From: a virus
Lineage: Duplodnaviria > Caudoviricetes
DNA: 55,321 bases
Reading direction: 5' to 3' (one strand)
Virus record (IMG/VR): IMGVR_UViG_3300025000_000129
Span: 1 to 55,321 of that record
In this document: positions 36,172 through 44,633 of the stretch, piece by piece
Layout of the letters: every line of letters begins with the position of its first letter
Numbering within the stretch: the stretch's first letter is position 1
Notes under the pieces: generated by a model
Seen by the model: only the letters and a program-made list of their open reading frames with translations
What the model was told of the DNA's origin: nothing
The model's database searches: none
Position numbers and translations under genes: made by a program

Positions 36172-37461
36172 TTAATCTAAGTTATATTCCTCATAAGCAT
36201 CGTCACTTACTGATAGCCCATCAATATAAATTGTGCGTGATGTTGCTCCGCTAAGTACTATCATTTCTGCAAATAGTGTAGCACCTATAGAGCCTTTTGG
36301 AGCAACAAACGTGCCAGTAAACCTTTGATAGCTTGTCGTTAAAGCTGTTTCTGTGTGTGTTAATTCAACTACGCTTAATGGATTACCTTCTCTTATCGCT
36401 CCGCCAGTTTTTATTGTTATTTTACTTCTAGTGTTCGCATCTCCGTCACCTTTTGCCCACCATGTAACACGATAAGTCTTACCGCCTTCAATATTTATAG
36501 CTCTTTGAGTTTGCTCGGCAGGAGTTATACCAACACCGTCCCAAATTAGTCTGATAGTATATGTATCCACAAATGGGGATATTGTAGTGAGTCCAGATGA
36601 ACCCTGTCTGCTTCCGGTTTCTACCCACCCCGAACCTATACCTATGCTACCTTCGTGGAGTAAATTATGTTTTTTTATGACTTTCCCAGGGTCAACAACA
36701 GGTATTTTCATATCGTTAAAATATTTCATCACTCGTTGATAACTTGCTACATCAATACCCCATACATCAGCGGTGTCACTAATGTTATGGAATAATATTG
36801 GTACATGATAACCCAATCTCAAAGCATCGAGCAAGGCTTTGCAAAAATTATTAAATCGTGTATCAGTCATTCCGTTGGCATCAACATTCCTAAATTCAAG
36901 ACTTGATGTTACAGCAAACCTAGTTTGCCCAGGCACTGTACCACTTACTGAGTTAGCGTCTTGCATGTCCCTAATATATGGGTGCAGTAAATACGCATAT
37001 TTTCTGGCCGCTTGCGAATATCCATGTCCCGGAGCAATAAAAGGTATTTCGGTGTTTGGGTTATTTGGTGCTTTCACCGCTGGATTTTGCAGTCCAAAAC
37101 CCCAAGTATAACGTAGAGTTTTATATGCCGCTTCAATTGCGGCTTTAGCTGTTGCATCGGTAGCGCCAAGATCATGTGTTTTGGAGTGATTCCCGATTAT
37201 CCACAAGCCCGAGTCATACATCTCTGTAAGCTGTGCCAATGTTAAAAAGCCTGCTGTGTTTATCCAGTCAGTGACAATACAGGCCACGCCAAGATAACCA
37301 TATTTGATATGCTCGGGGTGTGCATATGTATGCCAACCAGCAAATCCATCATCATACCAAAGTGATATGCTGCCACCGCCTATATAGTTCTGTTTCTTCG
37401 CAATTGATGCCAAGTTTGCGGTATTTTCCTTTATCTTTTTCCTTGCATATCCGTCCGTCAT
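36172..37461 (-). CDS. Polysaccharide deacetylase (NodB) plus CBM4/9-like protein with short N-terminal leader; probable virion/tail-associated
   Basis: SLWYDDG, GNHSKTH, ILFHNI; C-terminal GKTYRVTWWAK...YQRFTGTFVAP...IYIDGLSV. Confidence 0.8.
   Translation of the reverse strand: MTDGYARKKIKENTANLASIAKKQNYIGGGSISLWYDDGFAGWHTYAHPEHIKYGYLGVACIVTDWINTAGFLTLAQLTEMYDSGLWIIGNHSKTHDLGATDATAKAAIEAAYKTLRYTWGFGLQNPAVKAPNNPNTEIPFIAPGHGYSQAARKYAYLLHPYIRDMQDANSVSGTVPGQTRFAVTSSLEFRNVDANGMTDTRFNNFCKALLDALRLGYHVPILFHNISDTADVWGIDVASYQRVMKYFNDMKIPVVDPGKVIKKHNLLHEGSIGIGSGWVETGSRQGSSGLTTISPFVDTYTIRLIWDGVGITPAEQTQRAINIEGGKTYRVTWWAKGDGDANTRSKITIKTGGAIREGNPLSVVELTHTETALTTSYQRFTGTFVAPKGSIGATLFAEMIVLSGATSRTIYIDGLSVSDDAYEEYNLD
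37397..37420 (-). repeat. Putative recombinase site, 5' class, inside the coding sequence: CGCAAACT-TGGCATCA-ATTGCGAA (encodes ANLASIA)
   Basis: Inner arm is the exact inverted copy of 36164-36171. Confidence 0.7.
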
Positions 37462-37473
37462 ATCAATTCCTCC

Positions 37474-37671
37474 TTAGTGATTCCATGTTGTGCCGTCATA
37501 TACCCACCAATCAACTATTGTGCCTGCACCGTCTACCTCTGTAAATTCCGAAAGAGGTAAAACATCATCGTCCAAATGTTGGATTGATTTTGTTGGTTTT
37601 GCATCTGTGGATAATCCTATAAATTCGCTGGGCGTAGCCTTGTTAAATCTGTACTTTTCTTTTACTGCCAT
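37474..37671 (-). CDS. Small tail-fibre-like protein
   Basis: FIGLSTDAKPT...E.D....W.YDGTTW motif typical of tail-fibre segments. Confidence 0.6.
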   Translation of the reverse strand: MAVKEKYRFNKATPSEFIGLSTDAKPTKSIQHLDDDVLPLSEFTEVDGAGTIVDWWVYDGTTWNH

Positions 37672-37697
37672 TATTTTCACGCTCCTTTGTAATATTT

Positions 37698-37736
37698 AAA
37701 AGGGCGTTGGAGTTGTTCTCTCCGGCGCCCTCTTAG
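37698..37736. terminator. Intrinsic terminator
   Basis: AAAAGGGCG-TTGGAG...CTCCGG-CGCCCTCTT. Confidence 0.65.
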
Positions 37737-37753
37737 AGTTGTGTTGTGGGTGT

Positions 37754-37915
37754 TTACTTTCTTAGCTGTTTTAGCCTCTCGTCCAGTCTAACGCGTGCCA
37801 ATGCATATATGGCTGTTTCAATAGTTGTAATAGAGCTGCCCTCCTTCTCCATCAATTTAATATATTTTTTGTATAGTTTAATATCTTCTAAAGATAACTC
37901 AATTGTAAATTTCAT
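37754..37915 (-). CDS. 53-aa RHH-like small protein, not in ORF track
   Basis: MKFTIELSLEDIKLYKKYIKLMEKEG...; follows pilin 2 with GGGTGA RBS. Confidence 0.5.
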   Translation of the reverse strand: MKFTIELSLEDIKLYKKYIKLMEKEGSSITTIETAIYALARVRLDERLKQLRK

Positions 37916-37916
37916 A

Positions 37917-38297
37917 TCAATTCACCCGATTGTCCGCCATATTATAAACGTGTCCGGTACTAAAATAAATCTGCGCCCCACTCTCCAACAACCCCTTATC
38001 CTGCAAAAACTTCAATATCGCCGTCACACTGTCGCCCTGCTTGATAGGCTGTGGACAATTGATGCTGGTCTGACCGACTAAATTATCATAATTATTGCTG
38101 GCGCAATGTAGAGCGATACAGTTGTTCATGGTGGCGATGCTTGACTGGTCTGCCGCGATCTTCGCTTGGTCTTTCATTCCGGATACCTTCGGCACCAGAA
38201 TTGCTGCTAAAATCACCAGAATACATACGCAAACTACTAATTCGATTAATGTAAATCCCTTCCTACTGTTCCTTGAAACCTTCCGCATTTTTAACAT
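37917..38297 (-). CDS. Type IV pilin-like protein 2
   Basis: Basic leader, RKG|FTLIELVVCVCILVILAAILVP class III signal with E5. Confidence 0.9.
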   Translation of the reverse strand: MLKMRKVSRNSRKGFTLIELVVCVCILVILAAILVPKVSGMKDQAKIAADQSSIATMNNCIALHCASNNYDNLVGQTSINCPQPIKQGDSVTAILKFLQDKGLLESGAQIYFSTGHVYNMADNRVN

Positions 38298-38417
38298 TTC
38301 AACTACCTCCATAAATTTATTTATTTGTCATAAGTATATATTTATCATAAAGCATTGTCAATATATATTTGCAATAAATATATAAATATGATAATATTAT
38401 TTTTAGGAGGTGGTCTT

Positions 38418-38567
38418 ATGCGTATTACTGTCACAACAACGATCGAAAAGGAACTTATTATTGAGGCAAAGGTCATGGCTGCAAGGCAAGAAAAAAACCT
38501 CAACGATATTATCGAAGAAGCTCTCACCGAATATCTTAAAAAACCCCATGAAAAAAGCCCCACTTAG
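38418..38567 (+). CDS. Ribbon-helix-helix (CopG/Omega-like) regulator
   Basis: MRITVTTTIEKELIIEAKVMAA...NLNDIIEEAL.EYL; AGGAGG RBS. Confidence 0.8.
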   Translation: MRITVTTTIEKELIIEAKVMAARQEKNLNDIIEEALTEYLKKPHEKSPT

Positions 38568-38588
38568 GGGCTTTTACTTTTATTACCT

Positions 38589-38903
38589 TTATATTTTTAC
38601 TACCTGTGCTATCCAATTAAAATGTAGTAATAGTATCCACAGTTTTACTGCAAACATAACGCCAAGCCCGTACCCTATCCATCTAATTTTATGCTGCACC
38701 TTATATACCAGCAACAAGAGCAATCCCACGCCCAGCACAACTAGCACTGCCGCCAGTTCGGGGCTTGCGTGAAATAGTTGCTGTAGTAGAGGGTTAGCCT
38801 CCTCAATTACGCCATCCTTTACGCCTAGCGTGGTAAATATCGCATCGGCTATGGTCATTATAAATATTGCAACGTAAATCCATGCTTTCATAAAATCACC
38901 CAT
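38589..38903 (-). CDS. DUF5658-like membrane protein
   Basis: DAIFT..GV..G..EEANPLL; three TMs. Confidence 0.75.
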   Translation of the reverse strand: MGDFMKAWIYVAIFIMTIADAIFTTLGVKDGVIEEANPLLQQLFHASPELAAVLVVLGVGLLLLLVYKVQHKIRWIGYGLGVMFAVKLWILLLHFNWIAQVVKI

Positions 38904-38969
38904 ACTTATATATGCAGATTTTGGGTAAAATAAAAGAGAGTGGTTAGCCCTCTTTGGAATATTATTGTG

Positions 38970-39362
38970 TTATGGGGTTATTACGGCCGTATCACCGGTT
39001 AAACGTCTCGAGGTAAAACCTCCTGTCGCAGTGGTATAAACAAAGCCACCATCAGCCTCCAAAACAAATGTGCCTGTTACTTTTGACATATTTGTTACGG
39101 CGGTTACAGCCGCAGCATCAATTGGATAGTTAGCAAGAGCTACAGTGATAGGTGTAAGACTTTCTGCGGCGATTCCATCAATGGCAGTAGCAACTTGCTT
39201 ACCGTCAACTATAGCCTGCGTTGCCCTCGCCTTATCTTGGAATCCTGAAAACTTAGGTATAATTATCGCCGCTAAGATTCCCATAATTGCGATAACCACA
39301 ATTAATTCGATCAGTGTAAAGCCCTTTTTCTTTCGCATTTGTTTTTGCATAAACATTAACAT
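38970..39362 (-). CDS. Type IV major-pilin-like protein 1
   Basis: KKKG|FTLIELIVVIAIMGILAAIIIPKF; own promoter-like TTGTAA..TGCTATTAT upstream and terminator 38932-38955. Confidence 0.93.
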   Translation of the reverse strand: MLMFMQKQMRKKKGFTLIELIVVIAIMGILAAIIIPKFSGFQDKARATQAIVDGKQVATAIDGIAAESLTPITVALANYPIDAAAVTAVTNMSKVTGTFVLEADGGFVYTTATGGFTSRRLTGDTAVITP

Positions 39363-39501
39363 TCTCAGACCTCCTAAAAAAATAAATTATGCTATTAATA
39401 ATAGCACATTTTTACATTTTTACAAGGCTTGTATGAAAATATTCTGTTTACAATGGGATAGGTGGCGTGGTAAAATTGCATTGGAACATTAAACTTACCT
39501 T

Positions 39502-39543
39502 AAATCCCCCCACCGTAGGCTTCACTGCGGAGGGGGGATTTTT
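39502..39543. terminator. Terminator ending the tail operon
   Basis: AAATCCCCCC...GGGGGGATTT. Confidence 0.8.
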
Positions 39544-39547
39544 GTTA

Positions 39548-42439
39548 TTATGGGGTTGTTTTGGCGAAATAGACAGATGTCATGCCAGATTGAGCATACA
39601 CATCGTTATTGGCTTCTATAAATTCATTTGCAACATGCTCAGCAGTGTTTTCCGCTACGTTCCATTGTCCGGTTGAGTTATTAAAACTTCTCCATTTTAA
39701 CGTTCCAGACGTTGCGTATACAGTTGATGCATCCCCCCATTGTGGATTTTCACTATAATTTAAATAATAAAATGTTGAAAATCTTGTTATTGATTGATAT
39801 GGATACGTACTTAATTCCGCACCTAAAGGACTATCTGGGAATCCACTCCACCCTTGATACAATACCGCCGCTTCCTCCGTCGTCCCACTCCCCACCACTC
39901 CACTACTATAATAATCCGTCCCCTCCACTGTATGCACAGCGAATATCTTATAATAGTACGTTGTCGAAGCCGTCAATCCTGTATCATTATAACTTGTGCC
40001 TGTGTTGTTGTATATTAATGTAGCATTTGCAGCGCACCATGCCCTGTCACCCGTTATAGCTGCGCTGTGACGGTAAATCTCAATCCCTGTGAAATATTCG
40101 CTTGTCGGATTAGTCCATGCCATATCAATCTCTGTATCGCTAATAACCGTAGCCGTAAACCCTGTCACATTGTTCAATGATGGCATAGGGTCAACAAATA
40201 CCTGCACAATCATTTTGCTCTGCCCGATTGCCACTGTCCCGCTGTTCGCATCTGTGACCAACTTTACCGCAATAGTCTTTGTACCTGCTGCTATGCCTTT
40301 TTTATCGTCACAAAAACTAAATGTAAACACATTGGCTGAATTGCAGTATAACGTAGGTTGCATGGTCAAGGCCACACCATCCACATAGATTTTGCCCGTA
40401 AGATTCGCCGCACCAGTGGCAATGGTTACTTTGCAGCTAAAGTTTATTATCGCTTTGCTTCTGCTGCTAAATGCAATGTCCTTCGTGCATACTACCGCTT
40501 CTGTGGTGCTCACAGTGACTTCTGCGGCGTTGGTGGCACTGTAGTAGTTATTTGATGTATCCCCCAGAAACTCTATCCCATTCTCGCCGTTCCTTATGTC
40601 CTGCACCACTCCTGCACTCGTTATATACCGCATAACTCTGCCGATGGTGTCCTTAAAGTCAAATCCTCTACCGTATTCAGGATGTTCAGCATTGCCCACA
40701 CCTGCGCCCCAAATCATAATAGGCGTCTGCACTCCATCTACTTCATCAAAGTAAATTTCAAGCTTTACAAGTTCATCATAGACGTACACATAAACCGGCC
40801 ACTCCGTAACCTCCAGCGTAGTCCCTGTATGGGTATCGTCTATCCAGTACACCGCTGAACCGTTCCTGTCGGTCAACTGTATATGGTCTGAATGTGTTGC
40901 CGCAAATAGCACACTGCTTAGCCCTACCTCATTATACACATCTGCATTAGCCTGCAATATCGTCGTATAACTGTAATTTGTAGCATCCGAAACATATTCC
41001 CACACCGTGCCATTAAGCTGATACATTTTGCCTGCTACGCTCGTTTTAAGCTGCGCGTCGCCGCTGAAATAGTAGTACCACGCGGCTGTGGATACGATAA
41101 GGCGTGTTGCTGCTCCTGCTGAGAATATGCACTGGTAAGGGTAGTCTGCGGTGTCTACTGGACTTTCGGGGTAAGTTGTCCATGTTTGCTCCGGCTTGTA
41201 GGATGCTGTTATCCACTGGAAATGCTGGTCAAAGATTTTCTGGTAGTTTACGTCGGCTGTGTTGGCTGCAAGATAGTTGGCTACTTTGTCGGAGGTGTCC
41301 AATGAGTCAACGGTGAGTTCGGCTATGGTGCCGCGGGTGGCGTAGAGGTTTTGGGTGATTATAGTGTTTGAGATTACAATGTCAATGTTGGCTTTAATGG
41401 CGTTGATTACATTTGCTGTGAGTTCGCCATCAAATAGCAATTTAGCCGCGCCGGTTTCGGGGTCGATGTAAATGTATAGCTTATCCGTCCAATTACTCCC
41501 GCTTCCGTCCCCGATTTGCCACGCTCCACCTGTGGCGTTAAAATAGCTTCTAGCCTTTTTATCACTCCTGATATTTTCAAAGCCAAATTCCGGTCCTATC
41601 CTTGTGCCGTTATATATCTTGTCCTTAATAACTGTGGATGTCTCTATCCTGTAGGCATCATCAGCCAATCCGGGGACAAAATTGCCTATCTCGAAACTGA
41701 CATCATCCGGGTGGTATAGGTCTGTTGTGATGCTTACCACACGGAGCTCTGTGTCAATACCGAGCGTAGTATAATTTAGCGTTACTACATCACCCAGGGC
41801 AATTGCCATTGGTCTGACAAGGTTACACTCATAGCATACTAACGGATTCCCCAGGGCATCCTTATCTCGTTTGCTGTAGGAGATTGATATAACCTCAATG
41901 TTACGATCAATCAATAAATCTTTGGCAACTGCTGATCCTCGCTGCGTTCTTATGCCGATAGTAAATTGGTTGAATTCAACTTCACCGCCAAGGTACGCTA
42001 CAAACTCCATGAGCAGAGCACGGCGGGATTTTGCTTCCTGCGCTGAGTAGGTTACTTCTGTGGTAAAATCCACAGTACCAACTGTAAAGCCAGTACCTGC
42101 TAATAACGCCGTCAATATAGCTGTCGGTGTGCCGGTTTGAGTGAAATACTCCAGGTTATATTCCGGTTCGTTCAGCCTGTAACTGACATGCTCACATCCC
42201 ACACTGGCGGCTAATTCTCCATTGCTCGCCTGAGCTTTTTTGTAGGCGATAATGTCAAAATAGTCGCTGTCAACCTCTGCTATGTTGTCGCCGGTGATAA
42301 GACTTCCACAGGCGGCAAGTGGAGCAGTAAAGTTGAAAATGTTATCGCTGTTTATTTTCTCGGTCCTGGGGGCCGTATAGGTGTCCATGATGGTTCCCAG
42401 TTCAACATGTGAGCTGTTTAATATTTTTATCCTACCCAT
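39548..42439 (-). CDS. Tail tip / Tal-like hub with fibronectin-III and a duplicated putative receptor-binding module
   Basis: N-terminal prophage-tail (EKIN, EHVSY.L, LGDVV); FN3 (YNDTGLTASTTYYYKIFA); internal repeat. Confidence 0.8.
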   Translation of the reverse strand: MGRIKILNSSHVELGTIMDTYTAPRTEKINSDNIFNFTAPLAACGSLITGDNIAEVDSDYFDIIAYKKAQASNGELAASVGCEHVSYRLNEPEYNLEYFTQTGTPTAILTALLAGTGFTVGTVDFTTEVTYSAQEAKSRRALLMEFVAYLGGEVEFNQFTIGIRTQRGSAVAKDLLIDRNIEVISISYSKRDKDALGNPLVCYECNLVRPMAIALGDVVTLNYTTLGIDTELRVVSITTDLYHPDDVSFEIGNFVPGLADDAYRIETSTVIKDKIYNGTRIGPEFGFENIRSDKKARSYFNATGGAWQIGDGSGSNWTDKLYIYIDPETGAAKLLFDGELTANVINAIKANIDIVISNTIITQNLYATRGTIAELTVDSLDTSDKVANYLAANTADVNYQKIFDQHFQWITASYKPEQTWTTYPESPVDTADYPYQCIFSAGAATRLIVSTAAWYYYFSGDAQLKTSVAGKMYQLNGTVWEYVSDATNYSYTTILQANADVYNEVGLSSVLFAATHSDHIQLTDRNGSAVYWIDDTHTGTTLEVTEWPVYVYVYDELVKLEIYFDEVDGVQTPIMIWGAGVGNAEHPEYGRGFDFKDTIGRVMRYITSAGVVQDIRNGENGIEFLGDTSNNYYSATNAAEVTVSTTEAVVCTKDIAFSSRSKAIINFSCKVTIATGAANLTGKIYVDGVALTMQPTLYCNSANVFTFSFCDDKKGIAAGTKTIAVKLVTDANSGTVAIGQSKMIVQVFVDPMPSLNNVTGFTATVISDTEIDMAWTNPTSEYFTGIEIYRHSAAITGDRAWCAANATLIYNNTGTSYNDTGLTASTTYYYKIFAVHTVEGTDYYSSGVVGSGTTEEAAVLYQGWSGFPDSPLGAELSTYPYQSITRFSTFYYLNYSENPQWGDASTVYATSGTLKWRSFNNSTGQWNVAENTAEHVANEFIEANNDVYAQSGMTSVYFAKTTP

Positions 42440-44619
42440 ACAGGCACCCCCTGTGCTCTGGATCTTGATTTATTGCCGCTGGACTGTATCCGCCCTGTGG
42501 ACTTCGTTATGATCTGACCATCAAGCGATACGGGCACATTTACTATAGTTGTACCGCTTGTAGCTCCTGCGCCTGACACTGAACCGCTCACATTTAGGCT
42601 CGTTGTCAGTTCTTTATTTATCCCGTTCATTGCCGCATTGACCTGCTTTGCGCTTGCTGTAATGCCTTCTGCCATACCTGCACCCATCATTTTGCCTACC
42701 TGGTCACGCATGACAGTGGATGGTGATTTGATGCCGAGGAAGTCCTTTGCGTTTTTAAGAGCACCTTTTGCAGCATTAACAACAGAATTTGCAAGGTTCT
42801 TTGCTGCGTTTTTCACGCCATTAATTATACCGGTAATTATGTTTCCGCCAAGTTCGCCCCATTTGATACCCTTAAAGGCTTCACCCAGAGACTTGAACAG
42901 CTTCGGCACTACCGCAATGAGTGTTGGGATGGATTGAATTATTCCGGCCACCAGAGCAACAATGATCTGTATCGATGCAACGATCAGCAATGGTAGATTT
43001 TCGATGACTGCCTTCACAAGAGCGTCTATGATTTCGGGCACCCTTTCAATCAGCTTTGGCAGGGCTTTTACGAGTCCCTGAGCTAATGCCACAATTATTT
43101 TTATTGCTGCGTTTATCAGCTGTGGAAGATTATCAAGCAAAGTATCAACCAATGCGAGTATAATACCTATTGCAGCGTCGATTAGGTTCGGGAGAGTTGC
43201 CACAATGCCGTCTATAAGCATCATCAGCGCACTTATTCCCGCCGTAATTAACATGGGTCCGTTATCCGATAGCACTTGTACCAATGTGTCAAGTAGTTGG
43301 ACTGTAGCACCTATAAGTGGTGGTAGTACCTGTGGAATAGCTGTAACAAGCGTACTAGCCAGACCACCTATTATATTGGTTGCCATGGTAGCAAGTCCCG
43401 GCAATGCGTCGGTAGCTTTGTTTAATAGCCCGCTTATGCCGTCAGAGATTGCTTTCCCTGCTCCTGCAAAATCACCTGTTTTTATTGCGTTCGTGATCGA
43501 TGGAATTATCTTAGTGACTGAGCCAACAACCTCCGTTATAGCTGGCATTACTGCCACGCCTGCGGTTGTTGCCATGCCCTTCATGCTGGCTTCCATGGTC
43601 TGCATCATATCGTCAAATTTACCTGCTTGCTGGACGGCATCATCACCGAGTACGGCGCCGACATTGTGTGCTTCTTGCCCGAGCCGGTTTAATTCTTCTG
43701 AACCAGCTTTGATAAGTGGATTCAGTTCCATGGCTGATTTGCCGAATAACTGGAGCGATAATGCGTCCCGGTCTGTTTCATTAGCCACATTGCCGAGAGC
43801 GTCAATGGTTTCAGTCCACACTGTTTTAGAGTCACGGAGAGAGCCGTCTTGATTCTTTATTTCTATGCCTAATTTTTTAAAAGAATCTTCTGAAAGTTTT
43901 GTACCGTTTCTGGCGGCGTCCATGCTTTTAGTGAGTTTTGCCATGGATCCGGTCATAACTTCAAGATCCACATCAACAAAACGAGATGCATACTGCATTT
44001 CCTGCAATCGTTCTGTTGTTATGCCTGTTTTATTTGACAGCGTTATAAGATCGTCAGCGGCTTTTCCTGCATCCTTGGCCAGCTTGAAAGCACCAAGAGC
44101 GGCACCGGCTGCGGCCGTTCCTACTGTGGCAATTCCAGCAATAGCAGCTTTACCGACTGCACCGCCTACATTTTTTAATCCTGTTCCGATTTTACCCAGT
44201 GCACCGTCGAACTTGCCTGTCTTTTCGGTAGCCTGATCGGTTTCCTTGCCGAAATTATCAAGGGCTGAGCTGCAGTTTTTAAGTTCGAGCTCATTTTTAT
44301 TCAGGGCTGCATTCTCTTTATTTATCCACACCTGCATGTCTTGGGCCGCTTTGCTGTCTGCGCCTTTTTCGGCTGCAATGCGTTTATATTCGTCTGTCAG
44401 GCCGGCTATTTTCTTTTTCTGCAGGTCGGTGATTTCGTTGAGTGACTTAATTTTAGCATGCAAACCGTCTGAGCTTGCGCCCCAATCTTCCATTCCGGCG
44501 GCTGCAGCTTTAAAGCCTGTATCAATTACACGGATTTGTCTGTTGAGGTCGCTTATGCCTTGTTTAAAGTTCGTGGTATCCAGACCAACCTTGCCGCTAA
44601 GATCGTTTTCTCCTGCCAA
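42427..44619 (-). CDS. Tape measure protein
   Basis: Ala/Gly-rich helical protein; amphipathic repeats; LGIKSPS.VMRDQVG; TTG start with RBS. Confidence 0.92.
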   Translation of the reverse strand: MAGENDLSGKVGLDTTNFKQGISDLNRQIRVIDTGFKAAAAGMEDWGASSDGLHAKIKSLNEITDLQKKKIAGLTDEYKRIAAEKGADSKAAQDMQVWINKENAALNKNELELKNCSSALDNFGKETDQATEKTGKFDGALGKIGTGLKNVGGAVGKAAIAGIATVGTAAAGAALGAFKLAKDAGKAADDLITLSNKTGITTERLQEMQYASRFVDVDLEVMTGSMAKLTKSMDAARNGTKLSEDSFKKLGIEIKNQDGSLRDSKTVWTETIDALGNVANETDRDALSLQLFGKSAMELNPLIKAGSEELNRLGQEAHNVGAVLGDDAVQQAGKFDDMMQTMEASMKGMATTAGVAVMPAITEVVGSVTKIIPSITNAIKTGDFAGAGKAISDGISGLLNKATDALPGLATMATNIIGGLASTLVTAIPQVLPPLIGATVQLLDTLVQVLSDNGPMLITAGISALMMLIDGIVATLPNLIDAAIGIILALVDTLLDNLPQLINAAIKIIVALAQGLVKALPKLIERVPEIIDALVKAVIENLPLLIVASIQIIVALVAGIIQSIPTLIAVVPKLFKSLGEAFKGIKWGELGGNIITGIINGVKNAAKNLANSVVNAAKGALKNAKDFLGIKSPSTVMRDQVGKMMGAGMAEGITASAKQVNAAMNGINKELTTSLNVSGSVSGAGATSGTTIVNVPVSLDGQIITKSTGRIQSSGNKSRSRAQGVPVWVG

Positions 44620-44633
44620 TGTACTCACCTGCC

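Noticed and set aside
34930-37461. Classical invertible tail-fibre (Gin/Cin/shufflon) locus
   Set aside because: No alternative C-terminal ORF on the opposite strand, and the two spacers are not compatible for inversion
37686-37709. Extra 5'-class cassette site CAACGCCC-TTTTAAAT-ATTACAAA
   Set aside because: Overlaps a terminator T-run that could explain the match; kept only as a possibility
38953-38972. Cassette site after pilin 1 (ACACAAT-AAT-ATTCCAAA)
   Set aside because: Arms are only 3 bp apart, not 8, and there is no matching 5' site upstream of the pilin
39548-41182. Duplicated tail module as a DGR template/variable repeat
   Set aside because: No reverse transcriptase in the window; the copies are similar only at protein level, not near-identical DNA with adenine-specific mismatches
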